This document shows, in pieces, positions 1 to 7,807 of a DNA stretch of 64,000 bases. The DNA is taken from NCBI GenBank assembly GCA_041658665.1, contig JBAZZR010000003.1:4125-68124 (forward strand), in the 5' to 3' direction. The stretch comes from Patescibacteria group bacterium (lineage in GTDB: Bacteria; Patescibacteriota; Patescibacteriia; Patescibacteriales; UBA12465). Within the stretch, counting starts at the first letter, position 1; each line of letters begins with the position of its first letter. A model generated the notes under the pieces. The model worked only from the letters and a program-made list of their open reading frames with translations, searched no databases and had not been told where the DNA came from. A program made the position numbers and the translations under genes.

Positions 1-393
1 GGCGTAAAAGTCGGATATTACAGCCAAGATTTTTCTACTTTAAATTTCGAAGAAATAGTTTTTGATTCCTTAAAAAATATAGCAGACGGTTTAGACGAAC
101 CGGAAATACGTTCCATCGCCGCCGGTTTTCTAATCGCGGGCGATTTAATGGGGCATAAAATAGCTGATTTATCAGAGGGACAAAAAGGCTTGCTATCTTT
201 TGCTCACTTAGTCTTAAAACGACCGGGACTTCTAATTTTAGACGAACCGACCAACCATATTAATTTCCGCCATCTCCCGATTCTGGCTCAAGCCATTAAT
301 AATTACGCTGGAGCAATTATTATGGTTAGCCACATGCCGGAATTCGTGGAAAAAATCCGCTTTACCGAAGAGTTAGATTTAGGCAAGTTTTAA
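1..393 (+). CDS. ABC-F type ATPase, C-terminal fragment (5' end outside window)
   Basis: Frame 1 is open from nt 1 (GVKVGYYSQDF...) and runs into the listed 148..393 ORF. Signature-like LSEGQK, Walker B LLILDEPTNH and H-loop MVSH are present. No TM segment. Confidence 0.75.
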   Translation, partial: GVKVGYYSQDFSTLNFEEIVFDSLKNIADGLDEPEIRSIAAGFLIAGDLMGHKIADLSEGQKGLLSFAHLVLKRPGLLILDEPTNHINFRHLPILAQAINNYAGAIIMVSHMPEFVEKIRFTEELDLGKF

Positions 394-402
394 TTTTTTT
401 TT

Positions 403-1776
403 ATGACCAATCATCCGAAACTTACTCATTCGACAAATCATAATAACGCCCAAGAAGCCCCGCAAAAATTTTCTGATTTAGGTATCAGTGAATCAATTTT
501 AGAAATTTTAAAAAAACTTAATTTAGATATTCCCACCCCCATTCAGCGCAAAACCATTCCTATTGCTATCGCTGGTCAAGATTTAATTGGCGTCGCACAA
601 ACGGGAACCGGAAAGACTTTTGCTTTTGGCATTCCGATGCTCCAGCGTTTAGGCGCCACCAAGAAACAAGGATTAATTATTGCTCCGACTCGCGAGCTTG
701 CCTTACAAGTTGAAGAAAGTTTAAAAAAACTCGGCCAAGCTTTAGGGCTAAGAACGGCGCTTTTAATCGGCGGCGAAGCTTTAGACCGCCAACTTTTTTC
801 TCTTCGCAAAAGACCGCATATTATCGTCGCCACTCCCGGACGACTGATCGACCACCTTAAACGCCGAACTTTTAAATTAGATCAAATTAATACCCTAGTG
901 TTGGATGAGGCGGATATGATGCTGGACTTAGGTTTTGCCCCGCAAATTCAAGAAATTCTAAAACAGGCGCCGCCCGAGCGTCAAACTATGCTATTTTCGG
1001 CTACCATGCCAGCGGCAATCGTTAAAATCGCCGCTAATTACATGAAATTACCAGTCAGTATTGAGGTAGCGCCGTCAGGCACGACCGCTTCTCAAGTTGA
1101 TCAAGAAATATTCATTATTAAAGGTGAAGAACGTTTTGAGCATCTCCAGAAAGTTCTTAGCCATTACGCTGGCTCGGTTCTCGTCTTTGTTCGAACTAAG
1201 CACGGCGTTAAAGCTCTAACGCTTAAACTGTGCTCGCTGGGTCATAGAGCGGTAGAGATTCATTCCAACCTATCTTTAAGCCGTCGACGCGCCGCCTTGA
1301 ATGACTTTAAGTCTAAAAAAGAGCGTATTCTAGTAGCCACTGATGTGGCCGCGCGTGGCCTAGATATTAATGCGATTGAATTAGTAGTTAACTATAATTT
1401 ACCAGATAATTCTGAGGATTATGTTCATCGAATCGGCCGAACCGGACGAGCGGGACAAGTAGGCAAAGCGATTACCTTCGCGACCTCTAACGAACAAAAA
1501 GAAATTTACGCTATTGAAAAATTGATTAATAAAAATATTAAACGAACCGAATTTGTAAAATTTTCTAGAGAATCATCCCTCGCGCCAACCAACCAAAAAA
1601 ATAAAAAATCATTTAGAGGAAACCCAAGAGGAAACCGACGTCATAATTTCAGCGGTGCGAGTGCTCCTGCGACTGCGCCGACCGCCGACCGCCGTCAGCC
1701 TGGTTTTTCAGGAAGAACGGGGAAGTATAAACAGTCTTCGCCCCGAAAATTTTCCCGCCGAACTTTTTCTCGGTAA
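403..1776 (+). CDS. DEAD-box ATP-dependent RNA helicase with basic R/G/S-rich C-terminal tail
   Basis: Q-motif PTPIQ, Walker A AQTGTGKT, LDEADMML (DEAD), SAT, ARGLD and HRIGRTGR motifs, all in canonical order. Confidence 0.9.
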   Translation: MTNHPKLTHSTNHNNAQEAPQKFSDLGISESILEILKKLNLDIPTPIQRKTIPIAIAGQDLIGVAQTGTGKTFAFGIPMLQRLGATKKQGLIIAPTRELALQVEESLKKLGQALGLRTALLIGGEALDRQLFSLRKRPHIIVATPGRLIDHLKRRTFKLDQINTLVLDEADMMLDLGFAPQIQEILKQAPPERQTMLFSATMPAAIVKIAANYMKLPVSIEVAPSGTTASQVDQEIFIIKGEERFEHLQKVLSHYAGSVLVFVRTKHGVKALTLKLCSLGHRAVEIHSNLSLSRRRAALNDFKSKKERILVATDVAARGLDINAIELVVNYNLPDNSEDYVHRIGRTGRAGQVGKAITFATSNEQKEIYAIEKLINKNIKRTEFVKFSRESSLAPTNQKNKKSFRGNPRGNRRHNFSGASAPATAPTADRRQPGFSGRTGKYKQSSPRKFSRRTFSR

Positions 1777-2029
1777 CAATTCACTCTTGCGCCAAGCTTA
1801 ATTATATATTAAAATCAGTAAAGAAATAAGAGAATACTAGTTATTTTAAAAATCATCCTCAAAACCCTATCAAGGGATATTAGCAATTATTTTTTGAACT
1901 TAAGCTTACTTCGTTAATATCGATTTATTTTCGAAAAATAGTAGAGGAGACCCGGATGGATCTCCTCATTGGATTTAACTCATATTTAGTCCGTAACGAA
2001 TTAAATATCTTGGGGGTGATTTTTAAAAT
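1777..2029 (+). other. 253-nt gene-free leader upstream of the reverse transcriptase (possible structured RNA)
   Basis: No ORF in the track. There is a 7-bp hairpin (gaggaga 1944-1950 / tctcctc 1961-1967, 10-nt loop) and flanking complementary heptamers (ttcgtta 1910-1916 / taacgaa 1994-2000). A near-consensus SD gggggtga (2012-2019) lies 10 nt before the ATG at 2030. Confidence 0.3.
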
Positions 2030-3235
2030 ATGTTTAGTAGAATAATAAGTTATCAGAATATCGAGGCGGCTTATTTAGAAATAATTGAGCAATTCGCGGC
2101 CGACCGACGTAATTTTAGATATCACGGCCTAGATAATATTTTTTTGCACGATCTCGACCTAAAATCTCAAGCAATAATTAAAATTATTCAAACCGACCTC
2201 CAAAAAATTAAAGAAATTGAACCGGCTCTCGCCGTACAAATTCCTAAAAAAAATAAACCGGAGCAATATCGAGAAATTTTTATTTATAACCTTAAGGAGA
2301 GAATAAAGGCGCAAGCTATTTATCGCGTAATCTTACCAATCTTTGAAAATAATTTTTCTGACCGACTTTTTTCTTATCGTCCCGGGAAACCTCCTTATTT
2401 AGCGGCACAGAGCTTTTGTCGTCGCTACCGTCGGGAATTCTCCAAAGATCAGGCTCTCATAATAGATTTAAAAAACTACTCTGATCGGATAAATCGAACG
2501 CTGATGTTTCAGCAGCTGCAAAAAATTATTAGTGACCAAAAAGTTTTAGCGCTTCTCCGTTTATTTATTTTTAATAAAGTCTATCGCCAAGGAAAATACA
2601 CTGATCCCGCCCAGGGACTAGTGCAGGGCGTCCCTTTAATCGCTCTTCTCGCTAACTTATATTTAACGGACTTAGATTTTAAATATCAAACTAAGTCCGC
2701 TTTTTATGTACGGGTTGGCGATGATTTGGCTTTTTTAGATCCCGCTCTCGATAAACTCCAAAAAATACTAGCGACCCTCGCCAACGATTTAACGGCCCGG
2801 GGACTAGAACTTAACCAACAAAAATTATTTTTAGGCGCGGCTCGCGACCAATATTCTTTTTTAGGCTATAATTTCAAAGCCGGACTTATTAGTTTAGAGC
2901 CGGTATTTATTAAAAGGACGATCGCCGACTGGCAAAGAATTTTGACTTATAAAAACGCGCCGCCTGACGCCAAATTAAATTTACTAAGCCGAATAATGAG
3001 CAAGCCAGAAAATAATTTTAACCGACAATTTCAAAAAATAGTAAAAGACAAGTCCCAAATTAATAATTCGGCGCAAATTAAAAAAATATCGGAAAATTTC
3101 TTTGCCATTTTAACTAAGTTTATTTACAAACATTACTCGCCAAGAAATCGCCGGTTATTAGAAGAGAAATTAAAAAATATAAAAATAATGTCTTTATACA
3201 GTATATATAAAAAATTCCATTATGATCGAAATTAA
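2030..3235 (+). CDS. Free-standing reverse transcriptase (RT palm/fingers plus about 120-aa helical C-terminal region)
   Basis: RT motifs in order: IPKKNKPEQYREI (1-2), FSYRPGKPPYLA (3), LIIDLKNYSDRI (4), GLVQGVPLIALLANLYL (5), YVRVGDDLAF (motif C, VGDD at 2714-2725), GLELNQQK (6), FLGYNF (7). No maturase X, endonuclease, DGR SQ or retron VTG motif seen. Confidence 0.85.
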   Translation: MFSRIISYQNIEAAYLEIIEQFAADRRNFRYHGLDNIFLHDLDLKSQAIIKIIQTDLQKIKEIEPALAVQIPKKNKPEQYREIFIYNLKERIKAQAIYRVILPIFENNFSDRLFSYRPGKPPYLAAQSFCRRYRREFSKDQALIIDLKNYSDRINRTLMFQQLQKIISDQKVLALLRLFIFNKVYRQGKYTDPAQGLVQGVPLIALLANLYLTDLDFKYQTKSAFYVRVGDDLAFLDPALDKLQKILATLANDLTARGLELNQQKLFLGAARDQYSFLGYNFKAGLISLEPVFIKRTIADWQRILTYKNAPPDAKLNLLSRIMSKPENNFNRQFQKIVKDKSQINNSAQIKKISENFFAILTKFIYKHYSPRNRRLLEEKLKNIKIMSLYSIYKKFHYDRN

Positions 3236-4940
3236 GGAACAAGTGCGGCTGTTAAAAAAAATTAGAATCAATCGTCATAAACAAGCGACAACCGCCAACT
3301 CGGTCTTACAGTATAATTATTTACTAATGTTTTTTAAAAAACATCAACTAATTATACTAGGCACTATCCTCCTTTTACTAACCCAAGGGATTATTGAAAC
3401 ATCTCTAGTTTTTATTAGTAAAAACCAACTAACTTTTAGCAGCCCAAACATAACTAGTTCTTTTTTTTGGTGGTTATTTATCACTTTTTTCCTTATTTTT
3501 CTGGTTAATTCCTTTGTCGCCATTAGACAGGAAAAGACCGTAGTCGTTCTTTTTATTAATAGTCTTCGCCGACGAATTTTTAAAAATTATCTTGGTAAAT
3601 CATTAAACGGCATGAAAGCAGAGGCCCAAGCCGCTTTAATCGCTAAAATTTCCTACCACCTACCTCTAGTATCCCTAGGCATATCCAATTCATTATTTGG
3701 CTTTATTCGCTGGCTAATCTATTTAACTTCCGCCGTGGTCGTCGCTTCTTTCGCTGGTTTAAATATCTTAGTTATTTTAATAAGCTTTTTATTATTGTCG
3801 ATTATGATCGCCGTCCCCGCCTACTTTATCGCTCAACGCTATATTTCTCAAGAAGTTACTTTCTACTCTCAAATTATTAAATTAATTGATTTAAGCGCCT
3901 CGGAAAAATATTTTCTCAAAAGTTTTAATTTAGAAACAACCACCCTAAAAAAATTCGATCGCCTAGTAGATTTTGACTCTATTTTTCGAATTCGACGAGA
4001 TTTATGGATGAAAATGGGCTTTAAAATAGTCTTCGCTCTTCTTCTGATTATCTCTGTTTTAATTCATCTTTTTCAAAATAATATTACGGCCACTATTAAT
4101 TTAATAAGTCCGGAATTAAAATTTCTCTACGCCTTTCTTCTAATTTATTTATCGCGGGTCGCGACGGAAGCCCTCCGCATCGGTCTTTACTTTTTTCCTG
4201 GTCAATTAGGGTTATCCCTCACTATTACTCCCCAAGGAAAATATCTTCATCGGGCTAACCGCGTCGATATTAAAAAAGAGATTACTTTCTATAGCCGCAA
4301 AATTAAATTATTTAAAACCGGTCGTTATTATCGAAAATTAAGTTTTGACTTTTTAAGAGGCGGCCGCTATCTATTTTATGGTGCTAATCTTTCGGGCAAA
4401 ACCACCTTGGCTAAATTATTCTGGGGTAGCGAGGCTTACCAGTCTAAAGCACTAAAAATAAAAATAGACGGCCACCGTCTAAATTTTTCCGACTATCAGC
4501 GCTTATTTAATAGAGGCTATTTTTTCCAACCCAATTTTTATTCACAAAAAAGCTTGCTAGAATTAATTCTTGGTTTAGACCGAGAAGCCACTGATTTTTC
4601 AGAAATTGACCGCGCTTTAAAAATTATCGCCGCCTATCCATCGTTAGTAGAACTGGTCTCAACTGATAATAACTTTAGCTTAGCGGCCGATAAAATCTGG
4701 AACAACCCCGCAGCAGCCTTTGCCCTACATTCTTTACACTGTCTGGTCAACCGCCCCTCCCTCATTATTATTGATAATCTCTGGCTAGACCTAAATTATC
4801 CCGCTATCAATAAAATACTAAAAATCATCAGCCAAGAACTGCCCGAAGTAATTTTAATTATTTTCGCTAGCCAGGATATTAATCATTTAACTTATAACAA
4901 CCGCTATGACTTGGATAAAAATTTTGAGACAAAAGACTAA
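3222..4940 (+). CDS. ABC exporter-like membrane protein (6 predicted TM helices plus nucleotide-binding domain with degenerate catalytic motifs)
   Basis: Start overlaps the RT stop by 14 nt. Six hydrophobic helices lie in the N-terminal about 330 aa. Walker A GANLSGKT (4380-4403) is intact. The signature is replaced by FSLAA. Walker B reads LIIIDN (Asp 4773-4775, then Asn instead of the catalytic Glu). No H-loop His is seen in IIFASQD. Confidence 0.7.
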   Translation: MIEIKEQVRLLKKIRINRHKQATTANSVLQYNYLLMFFKKHQLIILGTILLLLTQGIIETSLVFISKNQLTFSSPNITSSFFWWLFITFFLIFLVNSFVAIRQEKTVVVLFINSLRRRIFKNYLGKSLNGMKAEAQAALIAKISYHLPLVSLGISNSLFGFIRWLIYLTSAVVVASFAGLNILVILISFLLLSIMIAVPAYFIAQRYISQEVTFYSQIIKLIDLSASEKYFLKSFNLETTTLKKFDRLVDFDSIFRIRRDLWMKMGFKIVFALLLIISVLIHLFQNNITATINLISPELKFLYAFLLIYLSRVATEALRIGLYFFPGQLGLSLTITPQGKYLHRANRVDIKKEITFYSRKIKLFKTGRYYRKLSFDFLRGGRYLFYGANLSGKTTLAKLFWGSEAYQSKALKIKIDGHRLNFSDYQRLFNRGYFFQPNFYSQKSLLELILGLDREATDFSEIDRALKIIAAYPSLVELVSTDNNFSLAADKIWNNPAAAFALHSLHCLVNRPSLIIIDNLWLDLNYPAINKILKIISQELPEVILIIFASQDINHLTYNNRYDLDKNFETKD

Positions 4941-6120
4941 AAAGGGGGATGGCCGTAATTGGCTAGCCCTACTTATTTTTTTCGGACTACCCCTAGTGTT
5001 ACTCATCGGCGGTTTATCTTTAGGCGTAAAATTCTTGCCTTTCTACCAAAAAGCAAAAAATATAATTTTAGAACCGGCCCAAATAATAGAAATTAGCGAA
5101 CCATTTTCTGGTAATTTATATTTTAATGATGAACTCGGCATAGATAACTTTTCCAGCCTAATTATTGCTAACCTCGATACCGCTAAATATAAAATTGAGC
5201 TAGCTATGTATTCCATGGATAGCGCGACTATTGCCGACGCTCTCTATCGCGCCGCCGATCGAGGCGTACTAATTAACTTAATTTTTAGTGATAAACACCA
5301 AGCAATAATTAATAAATTATTTAAAAATCCTCATCAAAATATTACAATTAATTTCCGTAGTTCTGATTTAGGATATATGCATCACAAATTTCTCTTAATT
5401 GATCGCCAGACAACCGCCCCTAAACTATTTTTTAGTTCTTATAATTTCACGAATATCCAAGGGAAATATGATCCTAGTTTTATTTTAGAGACTAGCCGGC
5501 CGGAGTTAGTGGATATTTTTGGACAAGAGTTTGGACGTTTAGCCGCAGGCCAACACGGCGAAGCAAAAAAAGCGACGACTAGTAATCCCTTCGCTGCTCT
5601 AATAAAGTACCCCGAGGGTTTTCTAGAAATTTGGTTCTCGCCGGGAACGGCTCAAAAAAACGTTAAACGCCGTATGTTAAATTTAATTAAAGACTCAAAA
5701 AGTAATATCAAAGTCATGATCTGGACTTTGACCGATAAAGAGATCGCCGCGGCCTTAGTCGCCGCCGCCCAAAAATTACCAGTTAATATTATTACTGATG
5801 ATTCTAATTGGTCGGTGGACAATTCTGTTTTTCCGATTTTAGCGGCGCAGAAAGAAAGACAAAATTTAAATAATCTAGAAATAATTACCGACAGTAAAAA
5901 TAGTGAAGGAATAAATAAACTATATACCGGCAATAGTCTTAATTCGTTCTTGCATCATCATCTGATGATTATTGATGACCAAACCGTGATTTTTGGCACT
6001 AATAATTGGAGCTACAACGGTTTTTCAAAAAACAATGAATCAATCATGATTTCTAATATAGCAAGCCTCACTAGCGCTTTTGAACAATCATACTCAACTA
6101 ACTATAATAAAAATAAATAA
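4906..6120 (+). CDS. Membrane-anchored phospholipase D (HKD) superfamily protein
   Basis: Start overlaps the upstream stop by 35 nt. A basic N-terminus is followed by one TM helix (WLALLIFFGLPLVLLIGGLSLGV). First motif is HHKFLLID (HxKxxxxD, 5380-5403) followed by SSYNFT. Second motif is HHHLMIID (HxHxxxxD, 5953-5976) followed by GTNNWS. Confidence 0.8.
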   Translation: MTWIKILRQKTKKGDGRNWLALLIFFGLPLVLLIGGLSLGVKFLPFYQKAKNIILEPAQIIEISEPFSGNLYFNDELGIDNFSSLIIANLDTAKYKIELAMYSMDSATIADALYRAADRGVLINLIFSDKHQAIINKLFKNPHQNITINFRSSDLGYMHHKFLLIDRQTTAPKLFFSSYNFTNIQGKYDPSFILETSRPELVDIFGQEFGRLAAGQHGEAKKATTSNPFAALIKYPEGFLEIWFSPGTAQKNVKRRMLNLIKDSKSNIKVMIWTLTDKEIAAALVAAAQKLPVNIITDDSNWSVDNSVFPILAAQKERQNLNNLEIITDSKNSEGINKLYTGNSLNSFLHHHLMIIDDQTVIFGTNNWSYNGFSKNNESIMISNIASLTSAFEQSYSTNYNKNK

Positions 6121-6270
6121 TTTGACTATTCTTATATCTTTAATTTGAAGAAAACAGCCTAAATACGCGTAATAATCAGGCCAGGATTAATAAAATCACC
6201 GATTAAACAGGAATAATTATAAATAAAATTTATTATTTATCTTATTTTTGTGCTATTATATTAAGATAAT

Positions 6271-7401
6271 ATGCCAAAATACCAATATATAATCGAAAAT
6301 AACGATACCCGTCCGGATCAGACTCTCATAATAACGCTTAAGCCCAAGACCAATAAAGATATCTTTAATTTTCAGCCCGGTCAATATGCGATGTTATCTT
6401 TTTATGACAAGGCCGGTAAATTTTTCATCAATCATCCTTTTTCTATCGCCAGTTCACCGACGCAAAAAAATTATTTAAAATTTGGCATAAAAATAATCGG
6501 CCAATTTACACAAAATTTAAAGAATCTCGCTCCTGGGAATAAGGTCGAAGTTTTAGGTCCTTTCGGTAATTTTATTTTTGATGAAACTAAATATCCCGTT
6601 GCCGTATTTATAGCAGGCGGGGTAGGAATAACGCCATTTATGAGCGCTATTAATTACGCGACTGATCGAAACTTGTCCAACCAAATATTCTTATTATATA
6701 GTAACCGGACTATTGCCGGCACTCTTTTTTATGAGGAGATTAAAAAATTAGCCGCTCAAAATCCTCATTTTCATCCTCAACTAAAAATTACTCAAGAACC
6801 AATTAATAATCTTAGTTATTGTGAAAACGGCTATATCACTAAAGAAACAATCACGAAAAATATTCAAGAGCTAGATCATAAAGATTTTTTCCTTTGCGGA
6901 CCGGGACAGTTTATGAAAACGATGGAAAAAAATTTAATTGAACTGGGTGTCCCTAACCACAAAATTCATCAAGAAGCTTTTAATGCTACTCCGAACCTAT
7001 CCCTACGAGAAAATGCTAAAAATATCTCCCTAGTTTACGGCCTGACAGTTGTCTTATTTATTTTTTTTCTAAACTTTATTCAACCCGCTAAAATTAGTTC
7101 GGCAAACGAGTCGGCTAAAATTTTCGAGCCAGCTCCAATTAATCTGATTAACAATGCCGTAAATAATCGGCGCAATGACATTATCAGCTCTAAAAAGTTA
7201 TTGCTTAGCACTATTAGCTCTCTCCTGACTAAAAATATAAATACCAATACTAAACCTACCGCTGGATCAGCGCCAATAACTCAGCCCGCTAAAACTAATC
7301 CCGCGCCCATTATTCAACCCGTTAAAATAGCGACACCAATTATTAAGACCCCGGCTCAAAATCGCGCTCCCGTCGTAACGCCAAGAACTAGGGTCTCTTA
7401 A
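6271..7401 (+). CDS. NOX/ferric-reductase-type FAD/NAD(P)H-binding dehydrogenase domain protein with C-terminal TM helix and P/T/A-rich tail
   Basis: FAD motif HPFSIASSP (from 6433), NAD(P)-binding GGVGITPF and FLCGPG motif. A hydrophobic helix (LVYGLTVVLFIFFLNFI) is followed by a proline/threonine/alanine-rich tail. Confidence 0.7.
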   Translation: MPKYQYIIENNDTRPDQTLIITLKPKTNKDIFNFQPGQYAMLSFYDKAGKFFINHPFSIASSPTQKNYLKFGIKIIGQFTQNLKNLAPGNKVEVLGPFGNFIFDETKYPVAVFIAGGVGITPFMSAINYATDRNLSNQIFLLYSNRTIAGTLFYEEIKKLAAQNPHFHPQLKITQEPINNLSYCENGYITKETITKNIQELDHKDFFLCGPGQFMKTMEKNLIELGVPNHKIHQEAFNATPNLSLRENAKNISLVYGLTVVLFIFFLNFIQPAKISSANESAKIFEPAPINLINNAVNNRRNDIISSKKLLLSTISSLLTKNINTNTKPTAGSAPITQPAKTNPAPIIQPVKIATPIIKTPAQNRAPVVTPRTRVS

Positions 7402-7414
7402 TTATTAAAATATT

Positions 7415-7801
7415 ATGAAAAAAATTAAAAAAATATCAACTTCATTATTACTAATTTTTTTATTCGCGCTGACGAGTCAGCCGATATTAGCTGAAGATGA
7501 TGACTATGACGATTACGAAGAAAATAATTACAGAGAAAATAATGACGATCGGCCAGAAGTAATTTCCGCCGTTGAGGAGACCTCGGCCCCGGTAACACCA
7601 CGAGTATCGACGATTGATGCCCCCGCCGCGACTGGCTTTCTGCCCACAGTAAACATTACTAATAGTTTAATTGATTCCGATCAAGACGGAATCATTGATA
7701 TTTTAGATACTCATCCCGGTGAGGACGACTTTGCCTTTAGGATTCAAGACGCTAATAAAAATGGCCTGATTGATGATTTAGAATATTTAATGAACAAATA
7801 A
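7415..7801 (+). CDS. Small secreted acidic protein with a pair of EF-hand/dockerin-like Ca-binding loops
   Basis: Signal peptide MKKIKKISTSLLLIFLFALTSQPILA, an acidic D/E/Y run, then two 12-residue loops (DSDQDGIIDILD and DANKNGLIDDLE) matching DxDxDGxIxxxD/E. Confidence 0.55.
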   Translation: MKKIKKISTSLLLIFLFALTSQPILAEDDDYDDYEENNYRENNDDRPEVISAVEETSAPVTPRVSTIDAPAATGFLPTVNITNSLIDSDQDGIIDILDTHPGEDDFAFRIQDANKNGLIDDLEYLMNK

Positions 7802-7807
7802 TCTAAT

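Noticed and set aside
1794-1907. 8-nt inverted repeat aagcttaa / ttaagctt as retron-like a1/a2 arms
   Set aside because: It is too short, and it is built on the palindromic aagctt core. In AT-rich sequence such a match within about 250 nt is expected by chance. It is mentioned only as context for the leader.
2030-3235. RT as part of a group II intron, retron or diversity-generating retroelement
   Set aside because: Against a group II intron: no maturase (X) or endonuclease domain, and the next gene overlaps the RT stop, leaving no space for intron domains V-VI. Against a DGR: motif 5 reads QGVPLIALLAN rather than the DGR-type xxxSQ, and I saw no template/variable repeat pair nearby. Against a retron: no VTG or NAxxH motifs. 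None of these exclusions is computed; a profile search is still needed.
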